Assembly (NCBI GenBank): GCA_965215365.1
Contig: CBDCDS010000003.1
Coordinates: 2,272,001-2,336,000 of the forward strand
DNA length: 64,000 bases
Direction: 5' to 3'
DNA from: Gammaproteobacteria bacterium
GTDB lineage: Bacteria > Pseudomonadota > Gammaproteobacteria > Eutrophobiales > Eutrophobiaceae
Notes under the pieces: generated by a model
Database searches by the model: none
What the model was told of the DNA's origin: nothing
The model's input: the letters and a program-made list of their open reading frames with translations, nothing else
Part shown: one piece after another, positions 49,691 through 59,000 of the stretch
Position numbering within the stretch: position 1 is the first letter of the stretch
Layout: each line of letters begins with the position of its first letter
Made by a program: the position numbers and the translations under genes

Positions 49691-49857
49691 GGCGCGCAGT
49701 ATATCCGAAATTGACCAAGGCGCCCGTGAAAATGCCACAGAAATGGTTGGGTCGGAGTAAAAACTCATCGGAATATGCGCTATTATAGAACGTCTCAAGG
49801 GTTTTTGTGAGCCCGGCATTTGCGGTTAAACAACTTACAGGAACTGCTGAAGCAGCA

Positions 49858-50649
49858 ATGATCGTCGAACAAATCTGGACCGGCAACGTCTGGCGTAACT
49901 TCAATTATCTCATTGCCTGCGCGGAAACCGGCGAGGCGCTGGCCATCGACCCGTTGGCTTACGAGATGTGTCTGGAACGAGCCCAGGACCGGGGCTGGGA
50001 AATCACCCGGATATTAAATACCCATGAGCACCACGACCATACCGGCGGCAACGCCGCATTGATAGCCGCTACCGGCGCACAATTGCTGGCGCATAAAAAT
50101 GCCTGGGATCGGATCATCGGCATAGACCGGCCGTTGGCCGCCGGCGATGTAATCAAGGTTGGCAAGACGGTGGAACTGGAGGCGCTGGATACTCCGGGGC
50201 ACACCATGAGCCATATCTGCCTGCTCTCCCATAGCGATCAGCCGGCCTTGTTCTGCGGCGATACCCTGTTCAACGCTGGCGCCGGCAACTGCCACAACGG
50301 CGGCCATCCCAACCAGTTGTACCTGACGTTTTCCAGCCAGTTAGCCAGATTGCCGGACGCCACCCTGGTCTATCCGGGCCACGATTACATTATCAACAAC
50401 CTGCAGTTCACCCTGAACCGCGAGCCCGGCAATACCGAGGCGCAAACGCTGCACGATAAAATTATCGATCAGGACCCGGGCGCGGCACTGGTTACTACCA
50501 TCGGCCTGGAAAAAGCGGTCAACACATTCTTCCGGCTGCACAACCCCGAAGTTATAGAGAAACTGCGCGAGATGTTTCCCGACCTGCCCGCCAACCCGGA
50601 TGAGAAAACGGTCTTTCTGAAACTGCGGGAACTGCGTAACGACTGGTGA
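49858..50649 (+). CDS. gloB: Hydroxyacylglutathione hydrolase (glyoxalase II, metallo-beta-lactamase fold)
   Basis: THEHHDH, TPGHT, GDTLF, PGHDY motifs. Confidence 0.88.
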   Translation: MIVEQIWTGNVWRNFNYLIACAETGEALAIDPLAYEMCLERAQDRGWEITRILNTHEHHDHTGGNAALIAATGAQLLAHKNAWDRIIGIDRPLAAGDVIKVGKTVELEALDTPGHTMSHICLLSHSDQPALFCGDTLFNAGAGNCHNGGHPNQLYLTFSSQLARLPDATLVYPGHDYIINNLQFTLNREPGNTEAQTLHDKIIDQDPGAALVTTIGLEKAVNTFFRLHNPEVIEKLREMFPDLPANPDEKTVFLKLRELRNDW

Positions 50650-50669
50650 GATATGCGGGAATGGCTGCG

Positions 50670-51311
50670 TCATTCCTGTACAAACAAGCCGGGGTTATCA
50701 ATCAGGTAACGCCAGGTACGGTTGCCTGCGGGCTGCCGCCGCAATGCCAGCAGATCTGCCGGCCGGTCCAGGTCGCAGGTTAGACCCGGGGGGGCGACTA
50801 CGTTGACGGGGATGCGGTGCTGTTCCGCTTCCCGGCAAAATTCAGCAAGGCTGTGCGCGCCGTACTTCAGGTCTATGGGTAAGGGTGGGGTAAATACCAG
50901 GCCGTTGGTGCCACCGTCTCTAAGCGCGGGACACAGGGTAACGCCATCTTGATGCGCTCGCTCCAGCAGCAGCAGATCTTCGTTGCTGAGCTCCGGCACA
51001 TCGGCAGGTAGCACCAGCACCTTGTTGACGCATTTCCCGCTGAGATACTCGATGCCTTTCAAAACGTCCGCGGCATAACCGCTATCGGCGCCGGTATCCA
51101 GCACCTCAGCGCCCTGCTCCCGCGCGCCGGAGATAACGTCCGCATCGCAACTGAGCACCGTAACGCCAGCGATGACCGCAGAACCGATTAGAACGTCAAG
51201 CACATCTTCCAACATATACCAGCTGAGCTGGCGCCGCTGCCCCGGCGTCAACACCCCGGCCAGACGCAACTTGGCCTGCTCCAGCCGCTTCAGCGGGAGT
51301 AGCGCCCACAT
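50670..51311 (-). CDS. cofC: 2-phospho-L-lactate/PEP guanylyltransferase (F420 biosynthesis)
   Basis: MWALLPLKRLEQAKLRL, PADVP, GGTNGL, DLDRPADL; ATG at 51311 with AGAGGTGG SD. Confidence 0.85.
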   Translation of the reverse strand: MWALLPLKRLEQAKLRLAGVLTPGQRRQLSWYMLEDVLDVLIGSAVIAGVTVLSCDADVISGAREQGAEVLDTGADSGYAADVLKGIEYLSGKCVNKVLVLPADVPELSNEDLLLLERAHQDGVTLCPALRDGGTNGLVFTPPLPIDLKYGAHSLAEFCREAEQHRIPVNVVAPPGLTCDLDRPADLLALRRQPAGNRTWRYLIDNPGLFVQE

Positions 51312-51312
51312 G

Positions 51313-51341
51313 TGGCCACCTCTAAAAATTAGAGGTGGCCA
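51313..51341. repeat. Perfect 13-bp inverted repeat (minimal family B element) covering the cofC SD
   Basis: TGGCCACCTCTAA-AAA-TTAGAGGTGGCCA. Confidence 0.85.
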
Positions 51342-51419
51342 TGCAGCATAAGGACATGCTGCCAGTAACAGCAAGCACGTCAGTGCTTGAAAATGACAAA
51401 TCGTCAGGATAGACGATTT

Positions 51420-52211
51420 GCAAACTACATCCGTGTAGTTTGCCCCGATGGGGCCAGCTGCGCTGTCCAAATTCGTTCCAGACGAATTTGTGCAAACTAC
51501 ATCCGTGTAGTTTGCCCCGATGGGGCCAGCTGCGCTGTCCAAATTCGTTCCAGACGAATTTGTGCAAACTACATCCGTGTAGTTTGCCCCGATGGGGCCA
51601 GCTGCGCTGTCCAAATTCGTTCCAGACGAATTTGTGCAAACTACATCCGTGTAGTTTGCCCCGATGGGGCCAGCTGCGCTGTCCAAATTCGTTCCAGACG
51701 AATTTGTGCAAACTACATCCGTGTAGTTTGCCCCGATGGGGCCAGCTGCGCTGTCCAAATTCGTTCCAGACGAATTTGTGCAAACTACATCCGTGTAGTT
51801 TGCCCCGATGGGGCCAGCTGCGCTGTCCAAATTCGTTCCAGACGAATTTGTGCAAACTACATCCGTGTAGTTTGCCCCGATGGGGCCAGCTGCGCTGTCC
51901 AAATTCGTTCCAGACGAATTTGTGCAAACTACATCCGTGTAGTTTGCCCCGATGGGGCCAGCTGCGCTGTCCAAATTCGTTCCAGACGAATTTGTGCAAA
52001 CTACATCCGTGTAGTTTGCCCCGATGGGGCCAGCTGCGCTGTCCAAATTCGTTCCAGACGAATTTGTGCAAACTACATCCGTGTAGTTTGCCCCGATGGG
52101 GCCAGCTGCGCTGTCCAAATTCGTTCCAGACGAATTTGTGCAAACTACATCCGTGTAGTTTGCCCCGATGGGGCCAGCTGCGCTGTCCAAATTCGTTCCA
52201 GACGAATTTGT
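51420..52211. repeat. Tandem array of 11 identical 72-bp multi-hairpin units
   Basis: Unit GCAAACTACATCCGTGTAGTTTGCCCCGATGGGGCCAGCTGCGCTGTCCAAATTCGTTCCAGACGAATTTGT; no variable spacers. Confidence 0.97.
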
Positions 52212-52268
52212 GCACAGCGATAGCTGCCCGAAGGGTTGCGTCCATGGATGGATGCAATGAGGGATCTG

Positions 52269-52928
52269 TCAGATGCCGGTGATACAGATACCGGAATGGG
52301 AGGTCTTGTAGGTCCTGTTGATGTGGATAAGCAGGCTGGTCAGGGCTTCGGTGGCGGCGGCGTTGGCAAGTTTGCCGGCATTGATGGCGCGACAACCGCT
52401 GTCCTGCACCAGTTGCATGACCTCCTTGCGGGTTGCCGGGTCGTCCCCGGTCACCAGGATGTCGCAGTCTATGTCCACATCCTGCTCCAGCAGGTTGGCG
52501 GCGACATTGTGGTAGGCGGCGCAGACCCGCGCCTGTGCGCCCACCAGTTGCTGCGTGATCACTGCTGCGCTGCCCTGTTCCGGCAACCGTACCACGGCCA
52601 CCTTGGGCGGCGCCAGCGGCACCGTGGTGTCTATCAGCAGCTGTCCGGACAGGGCCGGCAGGATGTCCTCCAGGGTGGCTGCATGGGCGGCAAACGGCAC
52701 CGTCAGCGTCACCACCTCCGCCTGACGGGTGGCGCCGAGGTTATCGGCACCGGTAATCGTCTCCACGCCCTGCTTGCCATTGAGTTCGGCAGCTACGCGT
52801 TGCGCCTTGTCCGCCACCCGGGAACCGATGATCACCTCATGCCCGGCCCGGGCCCAGCGCCAGGCCAGACCGTAACCCAGGTTGCCGGTGCCGCCGAGGA
52901 TAGCTATTTTTTTTCTGTTACAATGCAA
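52269..52928 (-). CDS. npdG: NADPH-dependent F420 reductase
   Basis: IAILGGTGNLGYGLA.R.A.AG..V.IGSR, GSAA, C-terminal GI.ITG; next to cofC. Confidence 0.88.
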   Translation of the reverse strand: MHCNRKKIAILGGTGNLGYGLAWRWARAGHEVIIGSRVADKAQRVAAELNGKQGVETITGADNLGATRQAEVVTLTVPFAAHAATLEDILPALSGQLLIDTTVPLAPPKVAVVRLPEQGSAAVITQQLVGAQARVCAAYHNVAANLLEQDVDIDCDILVTGDDPATRKEVMQLVQDSGCRAINAGKLANAAATEALTSLLIHINRTYKTSHSGICITGI

Positions 52929-52944
52929 ACCTGTTACTCCAAAT

Positions 52945-53018
52945 TGGGGGCTCGTCTAACGGTAGGACAGCGGACTCTGACTCCGCCGGTAGAGGTTCGA
53001 ATCCTCTGCCCCCAGCCA
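52945..53018 (+). tRNA. tRNA-Gln(CUG)
   Basis: Cloverleaf with acceptor TGGGGGC/GCCCCCA, anticodon CTG at 52977-52979, TTCGAAT loop, encoded CCA. Confidence 0.95.
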
Positions 53019-53031
53019 GTTCCACGTTCAT

Positions 53032-53514
53032 CTACAGGTTGGCCAGGACGTTCTCAGCCGAACTGACCTTGAATTGCATGGGCGCTTCGACATGGAGTTG
53101 AGTGACTACGCCGTCATCCACCACCATGGCGAAACGCTGGCCGCGGGTAGCCATGCCCGAATCGGCAAAGTCCTGTTCCAGCCCCAACGCCGCGGCGTAG
53201 GCACCGTTGCCGTCAGCCAGCATCAACACCTTGTCGCCGGCGCCGACGCGCTGGCCCCAGGCCTCCATTACAAACATATCGTTCACCGCCATGCAGGCGA
53301 TGGTATCCACGCCTTTGGCCTTGATGGCTGCGGCCTGTTCGATGAAGCCAGGCAAGTGCTCTTTATGGCAAGTCGGGGTAAACGCGCCCGGCGTAGAAAA
53401 CACCACGACCTTCTTGCCGCCAAACAATTCATCGGTACTGACCGAACCCGGCCCGTCTGCATTGATGACGTGAAACCGCCCGTCAGGGGCTTTATCTCCA
53501 ACTTGTATTGTCAC
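53032..53514 (-). CDS. Peroxiredoxin (Prx5 type)
   Basis: PGAFTPTCHKEHLPG motif; GGAGG before GTG 53514. Confidence 0.92.
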   Translation of the reverse strand: MTIQVGDKAPDGRFHVINADGPGSVSTDELFGGKKVVVFSTPGAFTPTCHKEHLPGFIEQAAAIKAKGVDTIACMAVNDMFVMEAWGQRVGAGDKVLMLADGNGAYAAALGLEQDFADSGMATRGQRFAMVVDDGVVTQLHVEAPMQFKVSSAENVLANL

Positions 53515-53598
53515 TTTGACCTCCACTCAGGGTTGCTGGTTATTGACGCAGATCATTATAACAGGGAATAATAGCTGGAATCATTCCCGGCGCACAAT

Positions 53599-54591
53599 TT
53601 GACTACCCCATTCACAACAGCAATAGCCCTGCAGCAGGTCCAGGCCCTGGTCAGGGAGGACCTGCAGGCGGTGAATGCACTGGTACAGGAAAAACTGCAT
53701 TCCGAGATCGGGTTGATCGACCAACTCGGCCACTACATCGTCAACAGTGGCGGCAAGCGCCTGCGGCCGGCGCTGGTGTTGCTCAGCGCCCGGTGTTTTG
53801 GTTATCGCGGCAATCTGCATATCCTGCTGGCGGCGGTCATCGAATTTATTCATACCGCCACCTTGCTGCACGATGACGTAGTCGATGCTTCCAAGTTGCG
53901 CCGCGGCAAGGCCAGCGCCAACCAGCGCTGGGGCAACGAAGCCAGCGTGCTGGTGGGTGATGTTCTCTATTCCTGCGCCTTTCGGATGATGGTCGAGGCC
54001 GGCGACATACGCGTCATGGACATCATGGCGGAGGCCACTCAGACCATTGCCGAGGGCGAGGTGTTACAACTCATCAACCGCCATGACCCGGACACTACGC
54101 AACAGCGCTACCTGCATGTCATCCACAATAAAACGGCCAAGCTGTTCGAGGCCGCAGCCCGGGTTGGCACAGTGCTTGCCGACCAGGACCGGGACACCGA
54201 GCAGGCGCTGGCCGATTACGGCCGGCGCCTGGGCGTCGCCTACCAGCTGATTGACGATGTGCTGGATTACGACGCGCCCGGCGCCGCACTGGGGAAAAAT
54301 ATCGGCGACGATCTGGCCGAAGGTAAACCCACCCTGCCGCTGTTATATGCCCTGTGGCAGTCCCCGGCACCACAAGCTGCGCTGCTCAAAAACGCAATCA
54401 CCCAGGGCAGCCTGGAGAACCTGGAGCAAGTACGCGCCGCCATCACGGACACCGGCGCCATTGAGTACACGCGCACGCTGGCGCAACGGGAGGCAGAACA
54501 GGCGCGCCAATCCCTCGCCGACCTGCCCGCCTCAGACTACCTGCAAGCCTTGCACACCCTGACCCACTTTGCGGTGGAGCGGAGCTATTAG
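53599..54591 (+). CDS. ispB: Octaprenyl-diphosphate synthase
   Basis: GGKRLRP, LHDDVVD, DDVLD, GDDLAEGK motifs. Confidence 0.93.
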   Translation: MTTPFTTAIALQQVQALVREDLQAVNALVQEKLHSEIGLIDQLGHYIVNSGGKRLRPALVLLSARCFGYRGNLHILLAAVIEFIHTATLLHDDVVDASKLRRGKASANQRWGNEASVLVGDVLYSCAFRMMVEAGDIRVMDIMAEATQTIAEGEVLQLINRHDPDTTQQRYLHVIHNKTAKLFEAAARVGTVLADQDRDTEQALADYGRRLGVAYQLIDDVLDYDAPGAALGKNIGDDLAEGKPTLPLLYALWQSPAPQAALLKNAITQGSLENLEQVRAAITDTGAIEYTRTLAQREAEQARQSLADLPASDYLQALHTLTHFAVERSY

Positions 54592-54700
54592 GAAACCTCT
54601 GGTAACCTCTAACAATGCCCTCCGTGGTATTTTTAGAGGTTCCCTTTACATACATTCGGGGTGTGCAGTAACCCGATCATGAGCGTTTAGAGGCGCTCTT
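54589..54700. repeat. Repeat family B copy
   Basis: Shares GCCCTCCGTGGTATTTTT and CGGGGTGTGCAG...GATCATG..GTTTAGAGG modules with other copies. Confidence 0.7.
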
Positions 54701-54719
54701 CAGTCTGTTTTGACCATAT

Positions 54720-54753
54720 TTGACAAAACCTGAATTAAATTTTAGATTTGTCA
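54720..54753 (+). promoter_or_regulatory. Sigma70 promoter, probably giving a leaderless mRNA, bracketed by an inverted repeat
   Basis: TTGACA-17 bp-TAGATT, ATG 6 nt later; TGACAAA...TTTGTCA. Confidence 0.55.
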
Positions 54754-54754
54754 G

Positions 54755-55939
54755 ATGTATCAGAACAGACGGCTCATAAAACCGCTTGCTGCGGCATTAT
54801 CTCAATTTCCGGCGGTGTTGATTACCGGCCCGCGGCAATCCGGAAAAACCACCTTTCTCAGAACGGAGCTGGGCTCAGCTTATCAGTACGTTTCCTTTGA
54901 TGCGCCGGTCGAACGGGAATTTGCTCTGCATGATCCGAACGGCTTTCTGGAACAGTTTGCCGACGGACCGGTGATACTGGATGAGATTCAATACCTGCCG
55001 GAACTCCTGCCGTACCTGAAGATACGTATTGATCGGCGGCGGGATGAATACGGCCGCTGGCTGTTGACCGGGTCGCAGCAGTTTTCCCTCATGCAGAACG
55101 TCAGTGAGTCCCTAGCGGGGCGTATCGCCTTGCTGGAACTGCTTCCCTTCAGCCTCACAGAGTTGCAGCCCGGACGCAGCGACCTGCCACATTTTATCTG
55201 GTATGGCGGCTACCCGGAACCGGCCCTGCAAACCGACAAGCGGGAGCTGTGGATGAACTCTTATATCCGGACCTACATCGAGAGGGATATCAGGCTGTTG
55301 CAAAATGTCCGGGATATTCGTGCATTTGAAACCTTCATTGCCTTGTGTGCAGGGCGCCATGGGCAAGTGTTCAACAATGCCGCCATAGCCAGACAGTGCG
55401 GTGTCTCCGAGCCGACGGTAAAATCCTGGGGGAGCTTGTTGCAGGCTTCTTATATCGCCTGGTTCCTGCCGCCTTATTTCCGCAACTACAATAAAAGGAT
55501 AATTCGCTCTCCGAAGTTTTATATTATTGATTCGGGGTTGGTTTGCGCCCTGACCAGACAGCCGGATGCGCACTCCGCCCTAGCCGGTCAAATGGGGGGC
55601 GCGCTATTTGAAGGAATGATTGTTATGGAAGCTGTAAAAGTGTTCATCAATCGGGGGCTGAGACCCGACTTGTATTGCTGGCGCTCCCATGACGGCCTGG
55701 AGGTTGATTTGCTCATCCGCCTGAACGGGCGTTTGCTACCTGTTGAGATCAAGTTGACCGCAACGCCGACCAACGGTTTTTTTAAGCCAATCAACAAATT
55801 CAGGGCCTTGGCCGGTAATGATGCCAGTGATACAGGTGTGCTGGTGTGCCGGACCGAGCAGCCAAGACAAATGCCGAACGGCAACATTGCGCTGCCGTGG
55901 CGCCAATTCCCGACCTGGCTGGACGGTTTGCTCGCTTGA
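54755..55939 (+). CDS. AAA_14 ATPase with DUF4143 domain
   Basis: GPRQSGKT, LDEIQ, LTGS, ESLAGR, EVD...PVEIK motifs. Confidence 0.9.
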   Translation: MYQNRRLIKPLAAALSQFPAVLITGPRQSGKTTFLRTELGSAYQYVSFDAPVEREFALHDPNGFLEQFADGPVILDEIQYLPELLPYLKIRIDRRRDEYGRWLLTGSQQFSLMQNVSESLAGRIALLELLPFSLTELQPGRSDLPHFIWYGGYPEPALQTDKRELWMNSYIRTYIERDIRLLQNVRDIRAFETFIALCAGRHGQVFNNAAIARQCGVSEPTVKSWGSLLQASYIAWFLPPYFRNYNKRIIRSPKFYIIDSGLVCALTRQPDAHSALAGQMGGALFEGMIVMEAVKVFINRGLRPDLYCWRSHDGLEVDLLIRLNGRLLPVEIKLTATPTNGFFKPINKFRALAGNDASDTGVLVCRTEQPRQMPNGNIALPWRQFPTWLDGLLA

Positions 55940-55964
55940 CACCAGGCCTTGCCACTGCTACGCT
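55936..55964 (+). promoter_or_regulatory. tRNA promoter
   Basis: TTGACA-17 bp-TACGCT with GC-rich discriminator. Confidence 0.6.
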
Positions 55965-55975
55965 TGCGCCGCAAT

Positions 55976-56052
55976 CGGGGTGTAGCTCAGTCTGGTAGAG
56001 CACTGCCTTCGGGAGGCAGGGGCCGGAGGTTCAAATCCTCTCACCCCGACCA
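55976..56052 (+). tRNA. tRNA-Pro(CGG)
   Basis: Acceptor CGGGGTG/CACCCCG, anticodon arm CTGCC-TTCGGGA-GGCAG, encoded CCA. Confidence 0.95.
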
Positions 56053-56094
56053 GCATTCAGGCCGGCACTTCGCACAGATGTTTTGCGCTGAGCG

Positions 56095-59000
56095 CTACTT
56101 TGCGCGCAGATGGATTGCCATTATCGCCGGCACCAGCAGCATCAGTATGACCGTGGTAAAGAGGATGCCGAAACCGAGTGATGCGGCAAAGGGAGTCAGA
56201 AACTTGGCGTGAATAGCCCGTTCCAGGATGATCGGCATGAAGCCCAGAAACGTAGTGATAGAGGTCAGGAAGATGGGACGAAAACGCATTTTGGCGCCAT
56301 CGATAATCGCCTCACGCGCTGGCGCGCCCTCGCGTAAACGCTGATTGATAAAGTCGATCATCACCAGGGAATCATTCACCACCACCCCGCTAAGGCCAAT
56401 GAAACCAAAGGCGGACGCGCTGCTGAAGGGTAAACCCAGGATCAGGTGCCCCAGAATCGCCCCCGCCAGACCAAATGGAATAACAGCCATGATGATAAAC
56501 GGCTTACTGTAGGAACGAAGCGGCGCCGCCAGCAAGCAGTAAATCACGAATATGGCGATAATCATGCTGCGATTCAGTGCGTCAAACGACTCTACTTGTT
56601 GTTGTTGTTCACCCCCCAGCCGGTACGTCAGCCCGGGGTTGGCGGCTATGAGTTGCGCCAGGATGGTATCCTCCAAGATTTTATTTGCTTCAGCGCCGGA
56701 AATGATGGATTGATCGACATCCGCAGTCACCGTGATAGCCCGTTGCCGGTCCCGGCGCTTGATCGCCGACGGTGAAATGCCCTGTGTCAGCTCGGCTATC
56801 TGGCTCAAGGGTACCTCAACACCGCCCGGGGTGCGGATCAGGTAGCCTTCGACATCGGTAATGGCCTGGCGCTCGGCCTCGGGCAGGCGCACATAAGCGC
56901 GCACTTCCTCGCGGCCTCTTTGTATGCGTAGCGCCTCGGCGCCAAAAAAAGCGGCGCGTGCCTGATGGGCCACGTCATCAAGACTGAGCCCGAGCGTGCG
57001 CGCCTCCGGCCGCATTTCGATCTGAATCTCCCTGACCCCGGAAGCATTGTCCGAACGCACATCGAAGACACCGCCCATAGCGCGCAGTTCGTCTGCCACG
57101 GAACTGACAATTTGCGTCAAACGCGCAGGGTCGGGGTGCGACAAAATGGCCTCAATAGGGTTGCCCCAATCAACCAGTTCGCTACTGAAGATAAGGTTGC
57201 GCACCTGTGGCAGCAGCCCCACTTCCGCGCGCCATAGCTGCAGGAACTGCTCGCTGGTCACGGTGCGCTGCTGTGCGCTCAGCAATTTGAATTCAACGGT
57301 GGCGATGTTGGCTTCGGGATTCAGCGTCGGCGTCGGCGTCACTCCGCCTCCCATGATACGCGCGCGCTGACCGACCACCACCGTGACACCGTCAAGCAGC
57401 AGCGACGCGTGCTCCGGGCGCGTGCGCTCGAGGCGTTCAATGACCCGCCGCCCGGCTGCTTCCAGAGCGCTCGCCACTTTATATGTTTGCCCGGCGGTCG
57501 TGCCTTCGGGCATCTCCAGGCTGGCCGTTACAAAGTCGCCTGCCACCTCCTCTGCGAACGCGGTCTTAATAATGCCGGCCGGGAACATGGAGACACAGAC
57601 TATGAGTGTACCAATGGCGCCAGCGATAATGATAACAGGCTGCCGAATGGCAAAGCCTAACGCCCGCTCCAATGGCCCCTGCAGGAACCGCTCCAGCCCC
57701 CGGTCAACATGGCCTTGCGTCCAGTGAAAGAAGCGGTCCGGCGCACGGCGGGGAGTCCACTCCGGGCCCGGCAGATGTGACAGATGATTGGGCAGGATTA
57801 ACAACGATTCAACCAGGGAAATCAGCAGCATTGAAATCAGCACGATAGGCACCGGGCGCATGATGTCACCAATCCCGCCGGGCAGGAACAGCAGTGGGGC
57901 AAATGCCACGACCGAGGTCAGCACGGCGAACGTCAACGGCCCCTTGATACGGCGCGCGCCACGGATCGCAGCCACGACACCCGGCGTGCCCTGTTTACGT
58001 TCATGGTGGATATGCTCGGCAACCACGATGGCATCATCGACTACTATGCCGATGGCCAGCACGAACGTGAACAGAGAAATGGAACTGAGTGACAGGTCGA
58101 ACACCAGCATAACGGCCAGGGCGCCAATACCCGACAGGGCCAGTCCCACGGCTACCCACAAGGCCAGCCGAATCTCCAGGAACAGCGTCAGGGCGATGAA
58201 CACCAGTAGCAGACCCAGTAGGCCGTTCTTTACCAGCAGGTTGGCGCGCTCCGAATAAATCAGGGATTCATCATTCCAGACCGTAATCCCGACACCCTCC
58301 GGCAGCGCCGGCTGCACCACCTTGGCGAGGTGCTCGCGCACTGCCTCGGCAACACCTGTCACCGGCTCGCCGTCAGCGCGGTACACCTCAATGAATGCGG
58401 CCGGCCGGTTCTGATGACGGACGATCAGGTCGCTCTTGCTGAAATCGTCGCGCACCCGGGCTATATCACCCAGCCGCACTACCGTACCGTCGCTACGGCT
58501 GAGGATGACGATATCCTCAAAATCCTGCTGGGTGTAACGTTGTCCCAGCGTACGCACGCGTACCTGGGTCGTGTTGGTATCCAGGCTGCCGGCCGACAGG
58601 TCCAGCGAACTTTGACGCACCGTTGCCGCGATATCCTCCAGAGTCAGGCTCAGCGCCCGCAAGCGTTGTAATGGCACTTCGATGGAAATTTCATAGTCGC
58701 GGATGCCGGTCACCTCGACCTCGGATACATCCGGCAGCGTTGTCAGCTTATCCTCGACCTGATAGGCCAACTCCTTGAGTGCGCGCGCCGGGATCTGACC
58801 ATGGATAATCAGGCGGATGATACTCTGGCGGTTGGTCATTTCCCTGATCACGGCGCGTTCGGCGGCGGCCGGGAAGGACTGGATGCGATCCACCGCGGCT
58901 TTGATTTCGTCCAACGCGGCGCCGACATCCGCGCCCGATTTTAATTGCGCCCGGACCGACCCCATGCCCGGGGCGGCTACGGACTTCAGCGTTTTTACGT

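Noticed and set aside
51420-52211. CRISPR array
   Set aside because: All 72-bp units are identical with no unique spacers, and there are no cas genes in the window
50670-52395. Long repeat-protein ORFs (506, 357, 278, 280 aa), including a repeat-CofC fusion
   Set aside because: The unit is a multiple of 3 and stop-free in four frames, so the ORFs arise trivially; CofC has its own SD and ATG at 51311
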